Source: Thermoflexia bacterium (GTDB lineage: Bacteria; Chloroflexota; Anaerolineae; B4-G1; SLSP01). Taken from it: 64,000 nucleotides of DNA. The stretch lies in NCBI GenBank assembly GCA_011192175.1, contig DUEJ01000002.1, forward strand, positions 26 to 64,025, written 5' to 3'. Positions within the stretch are counted from its first letter, which is position 1, and every line of letters begins with the position of its first letter. This document shows, piece after piece, positions 27,201 through 33,668 of this stretch. Under the pieces are notes generated by a model, which saw only the letters and a list, made by a program, of their open reading frames with translations, did not search any database and was not told the DNA's origin. Made by a program: the position numbers and the translations under genes.

Positions 27201-28407
27201 ACCAAGCCCGTAAACGCCAGAGCCATCCTCGCTCCCTCGCTTTCTCGCCTTCTCGCTTTCTCGCTTTCTCGCTTGCCGGCTTGAAAATCGCTAAGAGAGC
27301 CAGAAAGAGCGGCAACAAACCCAAGTACGCCCCGCCCTCCACGTAATTCTTGATGTTCCAATTGAAGGCGTTGATCGGTTCGCCGTGCGCATTGACAGTC
27401 GCCTGGAGAAGCTCTCCCGTAAAGAGATCGCGCAACGTGCGATGGGTAGGATTCCCGAAGAAGTTGGGGGTCAGAAAGGTGAGGATGCGCCGTTTGGGAT
27501 AGGCCCATCCCAACACCTCCTGGAGCGTCACCGCTCCCTGCCGGAAACTCGCGGTCACAATCTCGTAGAGCGGGATAAATTGCACCGCGCCCAACGCTAA
27601 TCCCAGCCCGAGCATGAGCAGGAGTCCTAGCGCCGGACTGAGCACCTCGCGGCGCCATTGCGCGCGCGGGATGGTCAAAACACCATGCAGCAGCCGCCAG
27701 GCGGCGAACGTTCCCCCCACCAAGAGGGAAAAATAGGTGATTTCGGCATGTCCGGCCAACATCTGGAGACCAATGCTGAGAGCTCCCAACACGGCCCAGG
27801 GGAGCATAGCGCGTTCAGCGCGCAGGAATGACCGGCGGCTGATGGTGAGTTCCACCAGTGCCAATTGCAGCGGCAGCCACGCGGCCGCTGCCACAATCAT
27901 GGGATGCACCACCGAGACAACCAAAAAACCGCTGAATTGGAAGGTAATCCCCGCGAGGAACGCGCCCAGTTTAGTGGCGTGCATAGTCCGGCCCAGAAGA
28001 TAGCTCGAAATCCCAGCCAATCCCAGCTGGAGCACGATGAATATGCCATAAGCGCGGGGGAGCGGGAAGAGATGAAAGACTAGACTCAACGGGTAGAGCG
28101 CGGAGTGTTGTCCATTAGCCAAGAAGGGATGGCCCGTGAAGAGGAATGGATCCCAGAGCGGCAGTTGCCCGGCGTGGACGCTCTTCACAATAAAGCGTTG
28201 CCAGACGTAATTTTCCAGCACCAAGTCGGCCAAGAGCGGGTTTTGCGGCTCCTCTATCTTGAGAGCGGATTGATATGGTTCAAAAGAATAGAGTGTATCC
28301 GCGGGGAGAAGAGTCTTATTGCCCAACGCGACGGGAGCGAAAAGCAAGAGAGGCAGCAACAAGAGGGCCAGTATCAAGAATAAATCGGTTTTGTAACGCC
28401 GTATCAT
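24211..28407 (-). CDS. fusion protein: YfhO-type GT-C membrane glycosyltransferase + C-terminal MOP/Wzx-type polysaccharide flippase domain
   Basis: 1398 aa. The N-terminal part has YfhO hallmarks (GQLPLWDPFLFTGHPFLANGQHSALYPL ... TDAYFPGWKAFV). The last ~480 aa have a polysaccharide-biosynthesis/MOP pattern (IAKNSLAPILL..., VGLYSTGYKF..., IFPVLSR). Confidence 0.8.
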   Translation of the reverse strand: MIRRYKTDLFLILALLLLPLLLFAPVALGNKTLLPADTLYSFEPYQSALKIEEPQNPLLADLVLENYVWQRFIVKSVHAGQLPLWDPFLFTGHPFLANGQHSALYPLSLVFHLFPLPRAYGIFIVLQLGLAGISSYLLGRTMHATKLGAFLAGITFQFSGFLVVSVVHPMIVAAAAWLPLQLALVELTISRRSFLRAERAMLPWAVLGALSIGLQMLAGHAEITYFSLLVGGTFAAWRLLHGVLTIPRAQWRREVLSPALGLLLMLGLGLALGAVQFIPLYEIVTASFRQGAVTLQEVLGWAYPKRRILTFLTPNFFGNPTHRTLRDLFTGELLQATVNAHGEPINAFNWNIKNYVEGGAYLGLLPLFLALLAIFKPASEKARKREGEKARERGWLWRLRAWFLQPYVPYFTGLALFSLGCIFGTPFYAIVYALPLISQSHSPFRWVFPLTVAVASLAALGATTVSRYRNTHGPEDGTPEPRSRPWYQRLALFDTAPNLVSILAATALWGGLLLLGGLWASRLCFARLEPLVEKVFWSMAKAAYAFPNPRAFYSYEFHWLQQSALLLIITGIVLRVSRCPIYLPRTGHKRPIWELLAGVVLLVDLLSFGLGFNPQVDPALLEYTPEVVQFLRQDQGLWRFSTFDPHGQKLFNANVGMYFDFQDVRGYDSLFTAQYARYMGWIEPQGELPYNRIAPFTQFSSLDSPLTDLLNVKYIFTDVEIPLPRYREVYQDEGIRVYENLGVMPRAFTLPQSATLPVSAVEAVGEAVLEYDPRHYVIVEESPRGWSDGAPARFSTPPQAAEPQAQPVVAYESNQVVIGASVNENSWLVLTDAYFPGWKAFVRPEGTGEDAEKELSIARVAGHFRGVQLEPGDWIVRFKYSPNSVKFGAFISFLAGMIIFFLGVLWFWRRTYREKEEQTAIQRIAKNSLAPILLTLFNRAVDFAFAALMLRILGPANAGDYYYAITLYTWFDIITNFGLDAYLTREVARHREQGSRYLFNVTALRLTLSVVGLPLLVGFIALRQNFFAAPVSTQAITALGLLYLGLIPGSISKGLTSLFYAYEKAEYPAVISTVSTLLKVTLGTVVLFWGWGIAGLAGASILVNLVTVSSLGILTARLLFRPAWQPERALRREMLGESWPLMVNHLLATLFFKVDIFLLEAMRSSAIVGLYSTGYKFLDALNVIPAMFTLAIFPVLSRQAKEEPAKLLRFYRLSIKLLVGLALPVTVLTTLAARELVFLLGGAEYLPGSMVALQLMVWSMPIGWINSLTQYVLIALDQQRYLTRAYLLGFAFSLGANLIFIPRYGYRASAVIHIFAELLLCVPFLIGLRQQVGALNWREIIGKPLVALVGMLVVALPLLMVGRWWAFMGALLVYPLVAWRINLLAPEEREMLTTLFRR
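27227..27274. repeat. intragenic 8-nt periodic array x6 (48 nt, in frame)
   Basis: Reads cctcgctc cctcgctt tctcgcct tctcgctt tctcgctt tctcgctt. It encodes the charged loop EKARKREGEKARER of the YfhO-flippase protein. Confidence 0.85.
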
Positions 28408-29192
28408 TGAGACTCCGTAATACGATCTTGGGACGTTAGCCGGCGGTGCCGGCGCCAGACGTCCCAGACGCGCAAGGTCGCCTCAATTTTGATTTTAAGA
28501 TCCATTTTGGACTCGCCCACTTGCCGGTCAGGGAAGAAAATGGGAATCTCCACTATTTTGTATCCCAGCCGGTGCGCGACGTAGGTCGTCTCCACCTGGA
28601 AAATATAACCCTGCGAGTGAATACGTTCCAATCCAATTCCCCACAGGGTTTCACGACGCCAGGCGCGGAACCCCCCCGTCGCATCCTGGACCGTGCGTAA
28701 TCCCAAGATGAGCCGTGCGTATAGATTACCGCCAGAGGAGAGTACCCGTCGTTGTACGGCCCAAGCAGGGTCAATGCCGCCGCCGGTCACGTACCGCGAA
28801 CCGATAACCAAGTCGGCGGTCTCCAGGGCGGCCAATAAATGCGGCGCCTCTTGCGGCTGATGGGAGAAATCGGCATCCATCTGCACCAACGCAGTCGCCC
28901 CTGCCGCCAGAGCGTGTCGGAAACCATCGCCGTAAGCGTGACCCAAGCCGCGTGGCCCGGTGCGGTGCAATACGTTCACCTGGCCCGGAAAGCGACAAGT
29001 CAATTTCTCCAACAGCTCTCCTGTACCGTCGGGCGAGTTGTCATCCACAAAGAGCACCTGCAACGCCGGTATTGCTAAATCCAAGAGCGCGTTAGCTAGC
29101 GGCTCAACATTGCCAATTTCATTGTAGGTGGGAATCACCACCCAGGGTTTTCGCATATAGTTCTTCACAGTTTTCGTCCTTCGGCCCGCCAT
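28404..29192 (-). CDS. GT2 polyprenyl-phosphate sugar synthase (Dpm1/Ppm1/GtrB-like)
   Basis: VIPTYNE, DDNSPDGTG and QMDADFSH. The stop overlaps the start of the YfhO-flippase gene (4 nt). Confidence 0.85.
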   Translation of the reverse strand: MAGRRTKTVKNYMRKPWVVIPTYNEIGNVEPLANALLDLAIPALQVLFVDDNSPDGTGELLEKLTCRFPGQVNVLHRTGPRGLGHAYGDGFRHALAAGATALVQMDADFSHQPQEAPHLLAALETADLVIGSRYVTGGGIDPAWAVQRRVLSSGGNLYARLILGLRTVQDATGGFRAWRRETLWGIGLERIHSQGYIFQVETTYVAHRLGYKIVEIPIFFPDRQVGESKMDLKIKIEATLRVWDVWRRHRRLTSQDRITESQ

Positions 29193-29220
29193 AGGGGGTC
29201 TGGGTTAAGTACGATAACAT

Positions 29221-29261
29221 AAAAACAGGGTCAAGAGGTAGATACAACCCCTAGTCCCTGT
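29221..29261 (-). terminator. imperfect hairpin + T-run terminating the ATPase cassette
   Basis: The minus strand reads acagggactagggg-ttgtatcta-cctcttgaccctgt-tttt, pairing at 11/14 positions. Confidence 0.5.
29225..29238. repeat. 14-nt arm ACAGGGTCAAGAGG (perfect inverted partner at 30901-30914)
   Basis: Exact reverse complement of 30901-30914. The flanking nts extend the match to 17/18. Confidence 0.9.
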
Positions 29262-29298
29262 TTAGAATAACGCATTTAGGATAATCTATGTTACCAAA

Positions 29299-29829
29299 TC
29301 AACGCGGTGAGGATATTGTTCTCACCCTCAGTCCTAATTTACTACTGGCTAGATCCTGATTATATACTTGCGTTTCATCCAACGAGAAGATTTTACTTAT
29401 AGGCCCACATTCTTTCCGCAGACTGTCACGTAATGGCCCCAACCACTCCCGTTTGATATCTCGAATAATGAGTACCAATCTTATGGGATGAGTTAAAATA
29501 GTTAGGCTCTTCAATGGAGCGGGAAGATTGGTGGCCTGAGTATTATGCCTGTTAGCTACCGCGGCCACATAAACTAAAATTGAGTCCCTAAATTTCTTAC
29601 GTATAGCTGCTACATATTCATCCGGTTTTCTCGGTGCAGATGACTTTACTTTAATGAACAGCAATTCCTCGCCTGCATTTCGCAAGCAGATGAAATCGCA
29701 GATGCTGACCCCATACGTGTTAAGACCTTTGTGACCGCGATAGAAATCCTCTCGTTCAGGAGTAAAAACCTCTTCCTCGCGAAAAGTGAATATCAAACCC
29801 GATTCCTCAAATTCTTTGCCGCGCTCCAT
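29299..29829 (-). CDS. 176-aa protein of unknown function with restriction-endonuclease-like (E...D...KxK) signature; partner of the ATPase
   Basis: ATG lies 3 nt after the ATPase stop (TAA TTG ATG). GKEFEE ... VSICDFICL ... EELLFIKVKSS, followed by a helix then IRLVLIIRD, suggests an alpha-beta-beta-beta-alpha-beta nuclease-fold order. Lys occupies the usual acidic position. Low GC. Confidence 0.6.
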   Translation of the reverse strand: MERGKEFEESGLIFTFREEEVFTPEREDFYRGHKGLNTYGVSICDFICLRNAGEELLFIKVKSSAPRKPDEYVAAIRKKFRDSILVYVAAVANRHNTQATNLPAPLKSLTILTHPIRLVLIIRDIKREWLGPLRDSLRKECGPISKIFSLDETQVYNQDLASSKLGLRVRTISSPR

Positions 29830-29832
29830 CAA

Positions 29833-30849
29833 TTACCCTTGCAATTCGACATCAAGCTCATTCTCGTACAGGGCAATTGAGGCATCAATAATTGGATTAT
29901 CTGGCATCTCTTTAGATAAATCGGTGATAGTGTATTGAGAAGTATCAATAAACGATATGGTTTGTATGTTCACAGATTCCCGTTTGGCTATGACATACAG
30001 GTGCTTAAGCACAAAATAGGAATGAGAAGCTAAAAATACCTGGGTACCAGCTTTTGACAATAAATATAAAATCTCCATAAAGGCCGCCACCGCGCGCGGA
30101 TGCAAGGTAGCCTCTGCTTCATCTACAAACAAGATAGAATTAGGAGTCAAGGTGCGATTCTCGATAAGCCGATCAACTAAGGCCAGACGTTTTGTTCCTT
30201 CAGCCGTAATCTGGATGGGATGCTTGACTTGACCTTCTTTAAATATCCATTGCTTATCTTCTCGTGCTAATCTGCCGTGGAGAAGTTTTGATAGTTGCTT
30301 GCGCGCCCTTACCAAGTCTGGATAATTATTTCCCTTTTGGGGAGGACGTTTAACAGCAATTGCCAGATCCAAATAGCTATCATCAAAACCAAAAAGCCGG
30401 TCTTGTAGCCTTGACGTCTCAATAATCGGCATCAAAGAGAGGATCTCTTTGGGAGGTAAAAATAGAGAAACGGCATCTCTTCTAGGCGTAACAAGTTTAG
30501 AAATTTCTCCTACTCCATGTCCCGCCGAGCGAGTAAACGAGAAATAAATCTGCTGTCCATCTAGTTTACAATCACAACGGAGATGGTTTGAGGAGCCTTT
30601 CCTGACCAGATCCCCAATATGTTTCAATTGAAAAGTGCCACGGAGTTTATCATTGAGGATTTGCTTAAAACTACGCACATCATCACCGCGTTGATAACCT
30701 TCCGTGGCACGAGTTATAACATATAACATTTTCAGCAGTAGACTCTTACCACTGCCATTTGGGCCTATAATCAAATTTATCTTAGGAGATACCTCCCATT
30801 CTACCTTTTTTAAGGGGCCACAATTTTCTAACACAAACTTTCTGATCAT
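29833..30849 (-). CDS. ABC/AAA_21-type (SMC/RecF-like) ATPase without fused effector domain
   Basis: Walker A GPNGSGKS, signature-like ITAEGTKRL, Walker B ILFVDEAEATLHP, H-loop LASHS. 338 aa. Sampled lines are 35-47% GC. Confidence 0.8.
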   Translation of the reverse strand: MIRKFVLENCGPLKKVEWEVSPKINLIIGPNGSGKSLLLKMLYVITRATEGYQRGDDVRSFKQILNDKLRGTFQLKHIGDLVRKGSSNHLRCDCKLDGQQIYFSFTRSAGHGVGEISKLVTPRRDAVSLFLPPKEILSLMPIIETSRLQDRLFGFDDSYLDLAIAVKRPPQKGNNYPDLVRARKQLSKLLHGRLAREDKQWIFKEGQVKHPIQITAEGTKRLALVDRLIENRTLTPNSILFVDEAEATLHPRAVAAFMEILYLLSKAGTQVFLASHSYFVLKHLYVIAKRESVNIQTISFIDTSQYTITDLSKEMPDNPIIDASIALYENELDVELQG

Positions 30850-30900
30850 CGTTGTTTATCCCCATTTATATAAAAATAAACCACCCCGAAATAGTCTCTT

Positions 30901-30914
30901 CCTCTTGACCCTGT
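30901..30914. repeat. 14-nt arm CCTCTTGACCCTGT (inverted partner of 29225-29238; 11/14 direct copy at 29248-29261)
   Basis: Lies 15 nt downstream (on the minus strand) of the response-regulator stop codon. Confidence 0.9.
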
Positions 30915-30929
30915 CGCAATTCGCCCCAT

Positions 30930-31832
30930 TTACACCGCTTGCCGGTAAAATAAAACCTCTCGCAATGTGGTGATATTTACCTCTGTTGGTATCTGAACGG
31001 TTGAGAGTTTCTGCATATTAAAAATCAATTTAGGAATAGGCGAGCCATCCCGGCAGGTCCCGCTTTCCCAATCTTGACGGGGGTAGAAAAAAGAAAGCGC
31101 CTCATTCAAACGTTGATGTAAGCGTCCTATCACCAGATAATGTTGGTTGCTGGGAATAATAATCACAAACTCGTAGGCGGATAATTGACCCACAAAAGGT
31201 TCTTCTTTCATGACCTCCGCGACGGTACTTTTGAGGATAAGCGAGACAGCTCTCAGTACATCATCGTGAGTGACGAAACCGTAAAAATCTCCAAATTTTT
31301 TTAACCCGCGGAGCTTAAGTCCCACCAGACATAAATTGTCAGTCTTCCGTATCTCTTCGATCTCTTCTTCTACCAACGTGGAAATAGGCAGCTCGGTGAT
31401 GGGGTGCAATAAAGTATTGATGTCTTCACGGTTCAAGATATTGCGAACGCGGTATCGCAATTCCTGTACATCAAAAGGCTTCGTGATGTAATCCACCGCC
31501 CCTAAGTTTAAGCCCATCAGCCGATCCATGCGCTCACTGCGCTCGGTGAGGAAAATGATCGGGATATTCTTGGTGCGCCGATGGTCACGCAAGCGTGTAC
31601 AAATCTCGTAGCCATCAATGTCTGGCAGGTGAATATCCAAGATTATCAAATCCGGGGGAGATTCTGAAGCAAACGCGAGAGCATCTTGTCCCCAAGCGGC
31701 ATAAGATACTTCATAGTTCAATGAAGAAAAATACGAGACCAGCATATCAGATGTACTAGGATTGTCTTCCACTATCAAAATATGATGGGGAGACTCTTCT
31801 CCCGTAACCGACATAACAGCATCAATGGGCAT
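30930..31832 (-). CDS. response regulator: receiver domain + degenerate GGDEF-like output domain
   Basis: REC motifs (ILIVEDN, LIILDIHLPDIDG, ITKPF). The C-terminal half aligns by pattern to the GGDEF fold (HPITELP.., FGDFYGFVTHDDVLR), but SAYEF replaces GG[DE]EF. Confidence 0.75.
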   Translation of the reverse strand: MPIDAVMSVTGEESPHHILIVEDNPSTSDMLVSYFSSLNYEVSYAAWGQDALAFASESPPDLIILDIHLPDIDGYEICTRLRDHRRTKNIPIIFLTERSERMDRLMGLNLGAVDYITKPFDVQELRYRVRNILNREDINTLLHPITELPISTLVEEEIEEIRKTDNLCLVGLKLRGLKKFGDFYGFVTHDDVLRAVSLILKSTVAEVMKEEPFVGQLSAYEFVIIIPSNQHYLVIGRLHQRLNEALSFFYPRQDWESGTCRDGSPIPKLIFNMQKLSTVQIPTEVNITTLREVLFYRQAV

Positions 31833-31877
31833 AGATTCCCAACCTTAAAGTTAGAACTAAACAAGGGGCCTTAGGTG

Positions 31878-32519
31878 TTAGCCTAGCGGCTCCTTATAAA
31901 CTGCGTATTTGCATTCTTTATCGCCCATCGCAATACAAGTCACTTCATCCACCCGGAACGTATGTCCTCCGCTAATCCAGCGGAGCGCTTCTTCAATGAT
32001 ACCGGAGGCAATAAAACAAACTGGACGATCCGCCGTGCGTTTCCAACACATGGAACATCGGGCGATATGATAGAAATAATGGTCGCCACCGGGGTCAGTG
32101 ACATAGGAAGTTTGATCACTCAAGGAATCAAAAACTTGCGCGATCGCTGGTAGCCCGGCCTTCAACTTGATCTTGAGCGGCAATACTTTGAATGCTAAAT
32201 CGCTGGCGCCGACCAACGACCCGAAATTGGCCAGCCCTTCGGCAAAGAGTACCCGCCCTAACCGTAGCTGCAAACCACGCCCCCCACGCGGCCCGTACAT
32301 CTCTTCCAGGGCCTCGTTGAGAGCCGCCATGTAAGCAAAATCAAACTCGGCCTTCTTCATATCATCTGGAGGAGGATTTTCGATCCAATCACTCAAGCCC
32401 CCCATATTCAAAACAGCATTCAATCCATTACGCCCCATGATTTCTTCTAATGCATTTAAGAGGATCAGTGCGAAGCGATCTGGGTAATAAAGTCCACTGG
32501 GTTCGGGCATATTAGCCAT
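31878..32519 (-). CDS. V4R (4-vinyl reductase) domain protein
   Basis: C-terminal CSMCWKRTADRPVCFIASGIIEEALRWISGG pattern and a final GDKECKY motif. AAGGAG RBS upstream. Confidence 0.7.
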   Translation of the reverse strand: MANMPEPSGLYYPDRFALILLNALEEIMGRNGLNAVLNMGGLSDWIENPPPDDMKKAEFDFAYMAALNEALEEMYGPRGGRGLQLRLGRVLFAEGLANFGSLVGASDLAFKVLPLKIKLKAGLPAIAQVFDSLSDQTSYVTDPGGDHYFYHIARCSMCWKRTADRPVCFIASGIIEEALRWISGGHTFRVDEVTCIAMGDKECKYAVYKEPLG

Positions 32520-32530
32520 GGGAGACTCCT

Positions 32531-32905
32531 TTAGAGAATAACCGAGAATTCTTCTGCAGCACGACGCATATCCAAGAAGAGCAAACCCAATTTTGCCTGT
32601 TGGCGCGCCAAGACAGTGAGAACAGCATCTTCACCTACTGCCCGTAGGATGACGTAGCCTTTCTCACCCTTGACGTAAACTTCATCCAACATGCCCCGGC
32701 CTAGCTCACTGGCGATGCGTTCACCCAACGAGAGCATAGCAGCAGACATAGCGGAGACGCGGTCTTCTTCTACTCCTTGAGGTAACGACGAGGCGATTGG
32801 CAAGCCATCCACGCTAACGATAGCTGCCGCCTCAATATCCGGGCTACTGACTTGCAAATCGCGTAACCGTTCTACCATACGTTCAGCACGAGATCGAGAT
32901 ACCAT
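32531..32905 (-). CDS. Roadblock/LC7 (MglB-like) domain protein
   Basis: 124 aa: IEAAAIVSVDGLPIASSLP...DRVSAMSAAMLSLGERIA...GYVILRAVGEDAVLTVLA. GGAGG RBS upstream. Confidence 0.75.
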   Translation of the reverse strand: MVSRSRAERMVERLRDLQVSSPDIEAAAIVSVDGLPIASSLPQGVEEDRVSAMSAAMLSLGERIASELGRGMLDEVYVKGEKGYVILRAVGEDAVLTVLARQQAKLGLLFLDMRRAAEEFSVIL

Positions 32906-32942
32906 AATTATTCCTCCATTTTGGGGATCACAGAACTACAAA

Positions 32943-32970
32943 AGATTACCATAGGAAAAATCGTTGTCAA
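32943..32970 (-). promoter_or_regulatory. putative promoter of the Roadblock operon (TTGACA-16-TAATCT)
   Basis: The minus strand reads cTTGACAacgatttttcctatggTAATCT, about 40 nt upstream of the GGAGG RBS. Confidence 0.4.
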
Positions 32971-32984
32971 GATATGAATCATAG

Positions 32985-33000
32985 GAATAAGCTCTTATTC
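32985..33000. promoter_or_regulatory. 16-nt perfect palindrome GAATAAG-CT-CTTATTC upstream of the -35
   Basis: Read directly from the sequence; the position is appropriate for a dimeric regulator site. Confidence 0.35.
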
Positions 33001-33227
33001 ATACCTGCTCATTGTATACAACAATATCAGATTTGCAACTTTGTTTTTAGTAGAGTGATGATCCAGGATTTTCAGATTCCCCGTCGGCGCCAAGCTCAGC
33101 GCTTCCCCCGCCCAGAGTCCGGTGAGCAGATAGGATTGCTCTCATAAAACGACCTCGAAATGATCATGGTGCAGCTAGATCAGTATAAGCGGAGGGGGAC
33201 AGCTGTCAATCTAACCAAGTCACAACG

Positions 33228-33256
33228 TTGACATCTGTTCTCAATTCTCTTATACT
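33228..33256 (+). promoter_or_regulatory. near-consensus promoter TTGACA-17-TATACT in the 760-nt AT-rich spacer
   Basis: Hexamers and spacing read directly. The nearest downstream gene starts 410 nt away (33669), so its target is unclear. Confidence 0.35.
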
Positions 33257-33668
33257 GAAAAATAGTTTTTCCTTGACCTGTCCGTTATTGACTAGGAGGT
33301 GTATATACACAAAAATTATCTGAGTGCGTTTCAAATGAGTGAGGAGCTCTTGTCCAAGTTGTGTTACATATTGAGTGTGGCGTAAAATTTCTCCAGGTAG
33401 ATAGGGACTAGAGCGCGTCGCCGCAGGGCGACGCCCGGCGCAACGCTCCTCGGAAAGCGACTTTAGTCGCGGCAGTAGCGAAATTCTAGTGACACTAATC
33501 TAAATAGAACACGCAATGTGCTCCCAGAAATGCAATCGCATTATATCTATGTGGTTCAGGGCTGAGAGCTAAATAGTTTTAACCTTTGTGAGAGCTTTTC
33601 TTTCTGCACGCTCCAGCTCAATTGGTTGAAATTAGTTAAACGTAATCTAGTCAATAAAGGAGACGACG

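Noticed and set aside
33293-33380. Tiny ORFs (16-28 codons) after AGGAGG downstream of the 33228 promoter
   Set aside because: The Shine-Dalgarno abuts the GTG with no spacing, the ATG alternative has no RBS, and the peptides have no recognisable features. Support is insufficient.
33489-33498. gtgacactaa, identical to the terminal 10 nt of the IS256-type left inverted repeat (15/22 over a longer stretch)
   Set aside because: The match is too short and degenerate to call a solo IS end. It is noted only as context in the island finding.
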